The notes under the pieces are model-generated. The model saw only the letters and a program-made list of their open reading frames with translations, had not been told where the DNA came from and made no database searches. This document shows positions 35,697 to 48,400 of a stretch of DNA of 64,000 nt, piece by piece. The first letter of the stretch is position 1. Each line of letters opens with the position of its first letter. The DNA lies in contig NC_135763.1 in the NCBI RefSeq assembly GCF_052425735.1, positions 5,208,001 through 5,272,000 of the forward strand, written 5' to 3'. This DNA comes from Oculina patagonica (lineage: Eukaryota). Both the position numbers and the translations under genes were made by a program.

Positions 35697-38600
35697 CTCT
35701 CCCTTAGAGCCCCCAGGACTCGACTACTTCCTGATTGTTCGCCTTGGCTAAACTTTATCTTATCTGCATATAAATTATCGCATTAGACATCAGTTTTTAA
35801 AACGACGACCGAGAAAAATCTTACCTGTCTTTTGAATGTGTGGAAATTTTTATTTTTTTAAGGTAAGACGTTTGAGCAACCAGTCGGTAAAGAAATATTC
35901 GTCATTCAAGTAACAGAGTCGAGGAAACCGCTTAAGTTCCACTCTGAACATGTGGGCAGTTAATCACAAACGTTTGTATAATTCCCTATTTGGCTTCTGA
36001 GACCTATCACTGCTGACTTTATGCGTGATGACCACAATGAAAGACGAATCTAATTATTCGCTGATAGAGTTCAAGATTATTCATGATGATTAATGGTTTC
36101 ACAAATTATAAGGAAATGGAATGAACGCAGATTTTATTTATCTTCTGGCCGCGGTGTAAGACACTAAAGCGTATGTTCTGGCAAATGTGAACTAAACAGA
36201 TCTAACATGCCAAAAAGCAGGAAACTGCAAATACTACACAGCGGAAATCGTCACTCAAGCAAGTCAAACAAGATCCTCATGCTAAGCTAATATGCCTGTG
36301 AGAAAACACGAAATACGTGTGCACGTGAGTGTGAAAAACAAGCGCGAAAACTCGAGGCGATAGGACGATCAAGCCCTCGTAACACGCCATGCGCGCTTGT
36401 CAAAGACGTTTTATCGAAAGTTTCTTACAACCGACAAGCTTTCCTACAGTAAAGTAAGTTGCCATCCGCGAGACGGCGAGACGGTGTTCTTTTTTTTTTT
36501 TGTAAAAGCTCATTGTATTTTCCAGGCGTAATCACAGCAAAGAAACCAATCCTTCCTAGCTACTTCTAGATAATTTAGAGGTTTAACTCACATTTGCGAG
36601 AAAAGTTGGAAATGAAATTATTTTGTCTCACCGGTCATCATGTATAGTGCCAAACTGGTATTCGAAGCCAAAATAAATCAGTAATAACAGTCAAGGTAAG
36701 TGGCAATTAAACAGAACCTTATAGAATAAACGTACTTCGCCAAACACAAGTAAAACAAACAGAATAAAAGTCATGATTGCTTGTTGCTAGGAAGTTATGT
36801 GCGTGCACCAATTGTCTACCAAGAGCCCACATGACACGTCTGCGCATGCTTTAACTAAGTAAATCGTGCAGTCAGTCATCGCGCATGCAGTAGATCGCGT
36901 GAAACTTCCGTGAGGTACCTATAATTATCGATTTCTGGAGTGCGCAACATTTTCCAATGTACAAAACTACTCCCACATCGAAAGAAACCGCAAAATAGTA
37001 GTTGTAGTAGAAAAACACTAAAAAGATTACAACGAACCAATCAGGATCAAGGATGGGGAATATTGAGACGGAGTTTAAAGGACAAACGTTAAAAATTTCC
37101 CGTCTTTTTGCGAACATTGGAAACATAATTTTTGATCCCTTTCGTTCAGTAGCACAATTGCCTTCGAAGGCCGGCAGGGGACAAAGCCATGTTTAGCAAG
37201 TAACTTGCAAGATAAACCTTGGTATTTTTCTGTAAAGAAGACTCGTTATTTCCAGAAGTAGCACTGTAAACATGTATGCAAACGAAAGGTTTCATAAAGA
37301 TTCCGCAATTAAATGCCACATTTTGTAGCTGTAAGTTCAAGGAAGTACAAAGTTCAATTTGCAATTTTAATACAATAATCTGTCTTTTTTGTGCAGTTTA
37401 CTTAGTTTTTGTCCAATCAATATCTTTCCCGATTTTAAACTTCTATCCCATCGATCTGCTTCTTTTTACGAGGAGGGGAAGGCTTATGCCGAAACGTCGA
37501 TAATTGCGACTGTATATAGGACCGTTACTTAAACAACCCAGAAACGGTTTAATTATCCCCCTAAGAGTCGAGGAATAAGTAGAATAAAACATTGGTAACA
37601 ATTCCTTTTTTTAACCTAAACCAGACTTTTTTTGGTAGGAAAGAGCACTCCGATTGAGCTCACATATGCACTGCATTGCATTTACGATATTACGCTGTTT
37701 TGGTAATGTTCCACCATGGCGAGGAGAATTATAAAAAGAAAGAAAATGCACTAACCGGCCTCTTGGCTGGATTGAATCCTGATTCAGTTCAATAGCCGCT
37801 TCTAACTCGGCCATGATAGGCCACGAGCTATTCCACCGAATGCCAGAAACTGTATCTACAGCAAAAGGATATCTATTCGAGAAGTACAGTGTAACACGAC
37901 ACTCCACTCTAATGGGCGTATCGTCGCGCGCGGCGGGAAATTTATACTCTACCATGGCAACAGGTGGTTTCAGCGCTACAGGAAGAAAAGATTACCGTTT
38001 CAGCGCTGCAGTTTCTAGGAACACTTACTTGTAGAATTTTAAAACTAATTACTAAGTACAGCCTTGAAGTATCCGCATTCCAAAAGGCTATTGGCTGACA
38101 CATTCAATCAAAATGAAACTATTAATGGTTCTGTTAGGGTCAGACTAGAATGTGACGGACGACTTATTCTAACCGACGTGCTATTAACAACTGCCTAAGC
38201 TGTTACCACGGATGGCAATAACCAAAAAAATACAGCTTTTTTCTTTTTCGTGAAATATCGCGGCAGATCATTACGTTGGCTTTGTTTTATTTCTGGGCTT
38301 TAGCGCTTAAACAATTAAAAGTACAGTGGTGAGAGTTAAACAAATCAAAAACGTCCGCATTCTTCAAGGGTTCACACTGATTGTTACGCAATCACAAAAA
38401 TGTTGGCCTAGTGAATACGTCTGTTTTTTACACTATATTGTGCTGTAGTCTGTCCTTTCTATATACTATAAAGAGATAAACTGTATAGTTTTCTGCGATT
38501 CTTGTGCAACCCTGAGGATTTTAGTATAATATTTGGTGTATTGCAATTTTGAGTTTATGGTTTAAAGTGTACGATAATTATGTTGTGAAATTAAAGTCAG

Positions 38601-40135
38601 GCTGTTTAGGATTTTTCGCCAGTTTTTTAATCCTCCGGCCCCCTGAATGACCTTGATTGACAAATTGAAAAATCAACAGACTTCCTTAAGAATTCTGTCA
38701 ATAGGTAGATCAGTTAAAGTAGTTTAAACTTTATAAACGAATCAACAGTGTACCACACCAACATTAAACGCAGCGCAGAAAATTGTTATTGCTAACACGA
38801 AAACAAGATCGATGCCACTTCACGGAAGCTCAAAATATTTTCGAAAATGCCCAGAAACAAAACGCTATACCTTGAGGGTGAAACAATGTGAAACTATTTA
38901 TAAACTATCTCTGCATCGTTTGCGTGTTTGCACGTTTCAAGATGAGTATTGCGCCATAAGGTTTTCGGATTTCAGTATAAGGGCGCAAAAAATCGCCCAA
39001 ACCACGTCTAAACAGAAACGACGATTGCTTAGATGAACTATATTAAAAAAACCTTAAACGCTGAGGGTTATCTGGTTTGATGAAACAAAGTTGCTCTTTT
39101 CCCCATACAAAGATTCTTTAAATACAGCACTGTAATGCCTCTTCTGACTGATAATTGATCCCATGATTTCCGGCGCCTTCAGAGATACTTTATGTGTGAT
39201 TTCTGCGAAAACCCTCTGGTAGAAGAAAGGAGAAGCAAAGAAAATTTAAAAGCTTTAATTTGCTTAATAATACAGGGACGGCGAAATAAATAAAAAACCT
39301 TTTAGCTTCATTAGTGTCCGCATTCCTTATTATTGGTTACCCAATCGCGACAATATTGGACTAGTTAATACGTCTTCTTTTTTACCGTATATATTTTGTG
39401 GTGTTGGTTGTTCCTTTTGGAAGCTGAGAGGAGTGAAACTGCATACATTTTGGAATCCTTGTGGTTCATTGCTCGTAAATTCTGAAGACACATGCAGTTT
39501 ATGAGGTAAGTACAACCGCCGAAATAGTGAATCACACAGGGTCAGCCATGCGCAGTGATCAAAATTCGATTATGTCAATCAAATGATTATGCCAATCAAA
39601 CGGTATAAATCATTTTTGCTTTACACAGTGAAATACAGTGAAGAAACTTGAAATTCAGTGCTAAAACACACATAAAAAAGAAGCTTCAAGTTATTTTTTT
39701 TGAAAATCGTCAACATCGAGCCCTATGGCTTGAGGGTGAGGCATTGTGAGAACAATTTATTCTCTGGCGTTTTAATCTTTGACCCCAAACTAGCGTCGCG
39801 ACTAAAATTAGACACGAAAATTTCCGCTCTTTCTAGGAAAAAGTAATCAATCAGAGACGTTAAACGCTTGGCTGTCTTATTTGATCAATTGTGGCGGAAG
39901 CACAAGCAGACATGCGACAGAGCAGATTTGTTATCAAGTCCGTAAGGAGTTGTCTAAACGTATTATTCGCTATAAAGCTATTGCGTATTCATGGCTTTTC
40001 TATAAACTATTTTTTAATCCAGGAAATCTTACACACGTCAATCAGTTCTTTTGCAGCTAAAATAACGGCATTTAACTAGAGTCAATACTAGGTTGTAAAT
40101 AAACCAAGGTTAAGATAGCATTTAAAAGCTGTATG

Positions 40136-40504
40136 CCCAGGGGCTTGTAAATGACGGGGATGATCGAAAGATTTTTTTGGGTTTTAAATTTTCGATTCTG
40201 GGATTTTTTTGGGTAAGAAGATTTGGCAAGAATTTTTTTGGGTGACTTGATTCAAAGAAGGGATCTTTTAGGGTGCTAAAAACAAACTAAAGTGCTTTGG
40301 CACGGCCTTGGCGTATTTATGGTATGATGAGTTATCAAACCCGAGCGTTATTTAGGGGTATTTTGACAAGGGTTTTTTTTAGGGGTTATTTTTGGTCTAG
40401 GGATTTTTTGGGGTAATGTCGGAAGACTTAGGGATTTTTTTGGGTCCTGAGTTTTGCCTTCATTCGATCATCCCCGTCATTCACAAGTCGGAGTACCCCC
40501 CTGG
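40136..40504. mobile_element. MITE
   Basis: Inverted subterminal repeats TTGTAAATGACGGGGATGATCGAA / TTCGATCATCCCCGTCATTCACAA; internal GGGATTTTTTTGGG repeats. Confidence 0.7.
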
Positions 40505-40588
40505 CCCGAGGCTGTATGATCACAAATGTTTTACTTTGACTCAATAAGTATTGCATGCAATTACAGACGACTAACTTAGCGGTTTCCG

Positions 40589-40850
40589 AAAGGTAAAAGG
40601 TAAAGGTAATTTTATTTAATGTCAAAAGCACGGGGAGTAGTTGCCCAGTCTCCCGAGCCTGAGGCTCATGATAAAAGTGTTTGACAATATTAAGTTACAA
40701 AAAATGAATGAATACATGTAAAAAAGATTTAAAAACTATATATTAAAAAATACGATATTATTATATTATTAAAATCTTAAAAATACGGTTAAAAATACAA
40801 TATTAAAAAACTATAAAAATACAAAATGTCTCTAAAAGAATATAAATGTT
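40589..40850 (-). mobile_element. 3' end of a LINE-like element
   Basis: Minus strand: T-rich UTR, AATAAA, (TTTACC)n tail. Confidence 0.45.
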
Positions 40851-41566
40851 TACCAGAAAAATCTCTAGCTATCCATTGTGTAAATAACTCAGAAAAAAAA
40901 ATAGCGGAAAATTTGCCTGTATCCAACAAACCTCTAAAATGTGACTTTGTTGGCACTTAACGACGAGCGACGACTACAACGTCGGCCAAAAACAAATTTT
41001 CATTAAACATTCGCAATTTGTGTCAAATGATGTCAGAAGCTAAAATACCATAAAATATTCAATGTCGTTTAACTAGGCACGTAGAATTTGGTCGTTGTTT
41101 TTGTTTTACATAGTGCGGCTAAGAAAATTGTTGCTCAGGATGCTCATGGTTTGCAGAACCTTCATTATTGTGCCCACTTAAAGAGATCTTAGCCAATAAC
41201 CAATCAAATGAACCCATTAGCCTTTATGGATAAGACTCGCTCCGTGCGTTTAACGACAAAAAAAGACAAAAAATATTGTCTTCCCAAAATTACTACAGAA
41301 ACTGTTGCTTGTTAATATGAGGTAAATTGAGATTTGTTTTGGTTGTCGCTGTTGTCTGTAGCCAACAAAGACCTACGAACACAAATGGTTTTCCGGCCGT
41401 TCTTTTGTGACTGAGCATAAAATATTCTAACTGTTTTTCTAACAAAAACGGTTCTTTTGCCGCCATCAACTTAGTACTGTTTGTATAAAATAATTTTCTT
41501 GGACTTCAAAAACTCTTAACATATTCTTTCTTGCTTAAAAAAGATAAAATACACTTTACTCAGCTA

Positions 41567-41912
41567 TTGCTGGTTTTCACTGTCACGCAATCGAAAAATA
41601 AATTCGAAACAAATTCGAAACCATTCAACTACAGAAGCTATGAATTTCAAATATTATAGACGATAAATAGATAAACAATTTTTCTAAGTTTCAGGTCTGT
41701 GCGGTGTACCGTTCGCGAGTTATTTGCCGAACCTTTCCTCGCAAATTTATAAAGCTTAGTATGAGATGCATAACTGTGTCCTTCCGGGGACAAAATTGCG
41801 CGGGTTTTGGGGAATTTTTTTTTTTTTGTTTTTTTTTTCCCTTTTTTTTTTTTTTTTTTTTAAAAAGAAAAAAAATTTAAAAAAATCTTTACGGGGGAAA
41901 AAAAAAAAAAAT

Positions 41913-41943
<31 letters not shown>

Positions 41944-41977
41944 TGAATTTTATGACGTAACATGAAGTAACAAGAAT
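41567..41977. mobile_element. MITE inserted in the 3' flank of copy A
   Basis: Interrupts sequence that is contiguous in the copy B flank (~18705-18730); imperfect inverted ends TTGCTGGTTTTCAC.GTCA / TGACGTAACATGAAGTAACAAGAA. Confidence 0.55.
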
Positions 41978-42442
41978 TGTCGATTGCTTCTAAGTATACC
42001 TTACAAAAAGTAAATTGTTTAAGCCACCCTAAAATTATTTATATTATCCCCAAGAAACATTACAATATAATGAAAAAATAGTTCCAGTTCCATGAAATCC
42101 TTAAGTTTTTTTTGAAACAAACATACATAAAACCTACCAGCTACCTCGTTGCACGAAGTGGTCAAATGTCACAGAAATATTTGAAAAAAAAATTGCCTTA
42201 TTACGATTGAAAAACAAACAAACACGGACCTGTGAAAACAAATATACTGGCTAATTCCTCGCACTAAATAATCCAATGTTATAGAAAAAGGATAAAAAAT
42301 CATTCAGTTCTGAGTCAACAACAAGGTCCTACTGAGTTGCAAAAAATCACGTTTGTTGTAAAAAACTTTATGGAACAAAAACGTGATATATTTTTTTTTT
42401 ATGGAACATGACACGTGCGTGTGTATGTCCGGTACTACAATT

Positions 42443-45400
42443 CTAACTGGTCAACAATGTCACTGCAAATACAGCTTCTATCATGTTGTAAAACGCTTTT
42501 AAATCGGAATAATCAGCGAATTCCAAGTTGTAGACACGTTGGCCTGTGATGACAGACGCGACCTGTCCCAGATTTCCACTTTGATGTGCTCCAACTCTTC
42601 GTTTGCGCCAGGCATACTTATGGGCACTGGAGACGAGTCTTCCTGGCTGCACCATGCGGAGGTCTGAAAAAAAAAGAGTTTCATAAGAGAAATTTCTTTC
42701 GATAAAGACTTTATCGATAGAAAAGCAAAGCCAAGGATGCCCCATTTTAAAACAACGTCTATGAGGAAGCGATTGCAGAAAACACATCCCTCAACAACAG
42801 CAATAACAACAACAACGAAAATTGCATCAACGTAGACGAATCTTCGCTACAATTAGCTACATTATTAAACGGTAGCTTAATTAGTTAGTTACCTTTAAGG
42901 TCAATTGTCTTTTTGGTCTTCTCGTTCTCACTCGTTTCTCCTTCGTCGACCTTTGACCTCAACTCGAGTTTGTGAGTTTCTTCATCGAAAAGAAGTTCTC
43001 CAAAATGCGGATGTTTGTTCCCTGGAATTGAAATAATCACCATAAGACAACTGTGATATATTAGCAATATCATTGTTTCACTGCAGAAGAAAGTTAGAAA
43101 CCGTAACAAGTAACACAAGGTAAATAACAAGGTAAATAGCACTATCATTTTGGCCAGAACGCTAAGACAAAAATATTCAAGGCATGAACACGGTACCAAT
43201 GAACTCTAGAGAAATAGTTTTTATGTGAATACACTCTATTAAAATTTCTATCTAAAGAAATTCCTATTGCAGCTACTCTCCTTCGCAACCTTTTTTTGGC
43301 TCGGCATAAAAAATGGCTGCATACAATGAGACAGAAAATTTTGTTGATATTGTAATCCATTTCCATCCTCTCCTTTTTTCTCCCCTTTTGTTTTTTTTTC
43401 TTTTCCCTTTCTCCTGCGCGGATTGGGGGGGGGGGGGGGGTGGGGGGGGGGGGGGGCCCCTTTAATTAAAAAAAAAAATTTCATCTCCTTGTATCGGGGT
43501 CCACATACGTCATGCTTTCAGTAATGTTTCGTTTCTTTCTTAATTTATGATAATTTTATCTTGTAACTGTAAAAAAGTAGTGGTGGGGAAGGGGGTGGAG
43601 GGTAGTAAAAGCCATTATATAAAAAAATTAGTGACTCTTGAAAACAATCTCATACGGAAATAAGGATGGTCAGCAGTGGAGTAAAAGTCATCAACAGATA
43701 CTTAGATAGCTTGTAATTACTGCAAATTACCTTTCTTTGAGTGAAGAAACACATTTACTCCACTGCAAAGTTTCTCCACGGCTCGTCTTTGATTGTATGT
43801 CCTTGTAGGTCTGGGGAATTCCGGGAACAACATGCGGTAGTTGAACGCGAGGGCTGTTGCTAGGATACCACCTGTCACGTGAGCATGAGGTAGCTCGCTC
43901 AAGGAAAAATGGTCACCAGGACAAACGAGTATTGTTGTGCCTCCGTCTACCAACTGGCCCCATAATTCCTCAATGCTATATGACGAGGGAAGCCTTGGCG
44001 AGAACCGAGCATTTTGGCTTTTCAGGAAGGTGAGAGGACCTCGATAGCGAACCTAATAATAGAAAAAGAGGTTAGAACTTTTGCATAATTATCTGAAGGT
44101 AAGTGGTAATGTTTAATGGTTTGACACTCCCCTTGTGAAATGTTTCGTGCAATGTATGCATTCAAACATTAATTGCAAGGGGTAACATCAAGTTTGTTCG
44201 TTATACCGGTTGATCTGTAATTTTAGTTCAATTTTACATGACCCATACCTTGGAAGGCTGCCATTCGTGGTGTGTTCTATTGGAAATACTTTGGTTCCTA
44301 AGAAGAGCCTCTCTGAGGGTCCTCAAATTGTAGGAAGCTATTCCGTTTTCAAAGCTTCTTTTCTGCAGTTCATCTATGATCCAGTCTTGAGTGTTCTTTT
44401 CCCTCAAGTGTTTGTATTCGTCAGCGTCCATCTTAAGGGAATCTACTGCCATTTTGTTCAGAAAGCTTTCGAAGTAAAACTGAAATACAAAAACAAATCA
44501 AGTAGTTTTTTTTATCAACATGCATGATGACGCCTTGACAACCTTGGACTCCTTCGCAGCCGTTATTTGGGATGTCACGCAACGTAACTCCTTCGACTAA
44601 GCTTTGCGTGACGATCTAGATAACGGCTGCGAAGAAGCCTGACACTCTAATCTCAAATCAAGTTGGCCTCAGTTCATTTTCTTGGCAGCATTAACAGACA
44701 ATGTAAACAAAAAGTGGATTGCTCAGCTTCCCTTCAGATGGGATTCGTAACCTTTAGGTTATAATATAATGGAATTAGCAATTATTAATGTTATGGAAGA
44801 TATTCCTTGATACTTCAATAAAGCTACTCCGATAAATGTCTAATGAGTTGTTGTAAATTGGATACAAATTGGTCCTCTTTAAAAGCCTTTTTTTGTTGTA
44901 GCAATGGAAACACGTTGTTACACCAATAAATTACTGAAAATATATGACTCTGCTCGCCTTTGGCTCAAGGTTTTATGAACTGTACTGTAGCTGGAGTTCT
45001 GCAAATTGTGGAAAAAGCTCTTCCTAACATGAAGGTATTGAATAAGTAAGGTAATCATTATGTTATGACTGAGTTGATTACTGTTACAGTGATGACCTCC
45101 TCCCTCACGAACCTGAACATGTCGACGTTCAAAATTTCTATCTGCATGCATTGAGTGCAGTCTAGTGCTGACAGTCCGTGAATGCGGAAACCAGGGAAAT
45201 GTGTCAATCATGCCCACAAACTCCACCCTCTGGTTCTGCTCTGTCAACAAGGAGGCCATTTCGTACGCAACAAGCCCACCGTATGAATATCCGCCCAGAA
45301 AATACGGTCCATGGCGCTGTTCCTCGCTGATCAGTTGAACGTAATGTGCGGCAAGTTCACGTACACTACCCCAGTCCTCAGTAAGTGTTGTCGGGTCCGT

Positions 45401-48400
45401 AAAGCCGAGTGCATAAAATGATACCAAATCCTAATAAGGGGCAAAAAAAGTGTTCGTCACAAATTGATTAACATTCTTGTACAAATAATGGCTTAAATCT
45501 GTGAAAAACACAAAAGGAAATATTAGGTAGACAGAAGGGAGTGTGGATGGCAAAAAAAAATGGACAAGATACACGTAGATTAGAGTGAGCTGAAGTTGAC
45601 TTCTGTCTGGTCAACTGAAACAGATTTATCGCTCCAAAATAGCCTGCGAACAGGCTTTCCGGAGATTCCGAAGAGCGCTTGGACGGGCGAAGCCTCGGCG
45701 CGAGGTGGAGCGCCGAGAAAGAAAGCCGCACGCACTCTCAGGATATCGAGTGTTCGCGTCCAATTTTGGACGCAATGTGCTGAGGTTTTATTTTTGTGAC
45801 GTTGTCGATGTTTTCTTTCCGGTGAGACAAAATAAAATAGAACGTGGCTGAGAAGGCGAGCGACTGCTGCCACGCGACCGGGACCACCGAATGTCTCCAC
45901 TGGGCCAGCAGAACTCGGTCGAGAGATGGTCGATTATCCCAAATCAGAAGTGCGTCTCCGTCGCGACGGCGGCGGGCGACACCCAGAGAGAGACGGGCTC
46001 CGACTCTGGGGTGAACTCATCTTCGGCTTGGCCGGGCTGCAGAACTTCTGTGCCGCGGGCGACCGACCATATGTTACTACAGTTTTGATTCCGGCGTGCG
46101 GTATGTGTTTAAATGTGACATTGACAAGCTCAGTAATCTGCGGGGTGTTCGTGGGCGGCATTTGCGATTCTCAGAGATGCGTGCAGGCTTTCCCCTCCAT
46201 TTTGCCCCGCCGGCCGAGCGCTCTCCAGAAAGCCTGTTCGCAGGCTACTCCAAAACGGTGTCAAGACTGGACGATTTAAAACGGACTGGAACCTTACTAG
46301 GACTCGGCTGAGTAGATTTACTCGGAAAGTAGATTTACTCTGATACGCGCGGGCGTAGCGACCGACATTCTGTTCAGCTTATATCGAGGCAGCAATGAAA
46401 TTAATTTCTTTGCCTTCCCTCCCAGTCAAATCTCATCTCTGAATCCTATGAAAAGGAAGACATTGTCAATTTAAATAGAGCTGTGATGACTACGGAGCCG
46501 CAATCGTAAGAATTGCGTTACAGAAAGCCTTTCAAAGAGCGCGGGAACTTAAGAGAACTGACTGGCGTCGTTTTAGATTCGACGTCACATCGCTTACTCT
46601 TCGCAGATCTCCTATCGCGGTCGTGAACCAAATGGAACTCGGTAAGAAAAATCGAGGATTTAACGAAATTAAAAAGAAAAAATAATAAATAAGTCATAAG
46701 ACGGAGAGATATCGACAAAGTACAAATTTTTTTAGCCAAAAAAGAAATTGTTATTTCTCCCAACTCGAACTTTACGAGCTGTTCAGACAAGTTAGTCATA
46801 TTTTGAATGTGGTGTATGTTGAATATGGGACTGGGTTAAGACTGATAACATCAATATAACAGCTGAAATTACCTGGCCTTGAAATCCCGTAGAAATCGCC
46901 GCTAAATTCATCGCATAGCGATGTGACGGATGTACACAGAAGAACTTGATAGCCGAGCCCGCAGGAGTGTACAGCGGTACAACTTGTACCTGACTCTTTG
47001 AAGTGACAGCAGTTGGAGGTGCGTCAGCCATTGGTTGTGTCTGCGCAGGTCCATTTTCTTGGTTCTCGTTATTCTGAAGCTGCGCATGCTCACTAGGTGC
47101 ATCACCACTAAGCATTGCTGCGAGATCTGTTGCAAGTTTAAGTGCCGTCGTATCAGGTTGCATAAAGTAGAAAACCTGAAACAAGAACACTGTTCGTTAC
47201 GAGCTGAATCTCGTAAACATGCACAAAAATCTACGTAAAAAGTCACTAAAACTCAGTATGTGACTGAAGATAGATAGATAGATAACTGCTTAGGTAAATA
47301 TGAGAGCTGAAGCTCTCCTCAAACCTATCTCTAGAAGAGTCAATATAATGTACCAGCTAGTATTAAAACATTGGTACAATTACTTAAGTCTTATGAAATG
47401 AAATGAAACAGACAATACAAAGGTCACAACACTAAGGCATCAGAGATAACATATACTGTTTTAATTAAAACAAGCAATGGTTATCCTTTTGTCTATGTGG
47501 CTTTCCTTAACTTTTGAGTCTCACAATACAAATGTCACATCCCCTTGTACTGGTTGCAATATATTTCTTGAAATGTTTCTTGGGAGATTTTGATGTATCA
47601 CCAAGACAGCAAATATGGATCCTCTTCTTTGTTTGTTGCAATATTCTCTTGTTGATGAGTTTGTTTACTCTCGTTAGCTGTCTGTCCGACATTGAACTGA
47701 TACTATAAGATAAGAAATGGATGTTGATCAACCTGTAAAAAAGTGATTTTAATAAGCAACCCACCTCAAAAGAAACTGGCAAAATGGATTCAAGCTGCAT
47801 TTTCAAGGTCAGAGCCCCAGCTGAGTCAATGCCATAGCTGTACAAGCTCTTGTTTAGATCAGTCTCTGAATTCGAGGAAATTCCAGCCCATTCATTAATT
47901 ACCATCACAGCGTACTCCGTGACGAGCTCGCCTCTTGTTTCGGGATCCTTCTCAAGCATAATTTGTTGCGCCAGAGACTCTGACGAGCTGGTCTGGCTGT
48001 CAGAATCATTAAATTCAGCTCTGATGACTGACATTCGGGATGACTTCCTATGTCCCGGAATGCTTTTTACGTATTGAGGCCAGTCCACACCACACAGGAT
48101 GATTTGAAAGCAGCTCGGTTGTTCAGTAAGAACTTTGGCCATGTATTTGACTCCTGTGAACATATTTAAGATAGGATAGGTACAGGTTAATAAGTTAGTG
48201 TAGTGAGATCATTCGAGTGGATGTAGTCTTAATAAGGACTTACTTTGGTGAGTGACGCTTCGAGAACTCCTCCCCCCCCCCCCCCCCGTAAAAAGGATGG
48301 CCACTTACTCTGACAATCACTCCAAAGGAACAATTGATTTCTTGGCAATAAAGGTAATGTTTCTACCACACCTTATGCAAATTTCTGTGCATAAGCGGCC

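Noticed and set aside
35820-35910. CAG|GTAAGA donor on the minus strand as candidate first coding exon of copy B
   Set aside because: The required phase-2 frame has a stop and no ATG upstream; it could only be non-coding
37611-38034. ORFs 37611-37955(-) and 37813-38034(+)
   Set aside because: No recognisable motif and no counterpart upstream of the other copies
41790-41945. Homopolymer-rich low-complexity tracts (also 43370-43480 and 61270-61440) and their ORFs
   Set aside because: They look like low-quality sequence or assembly noise
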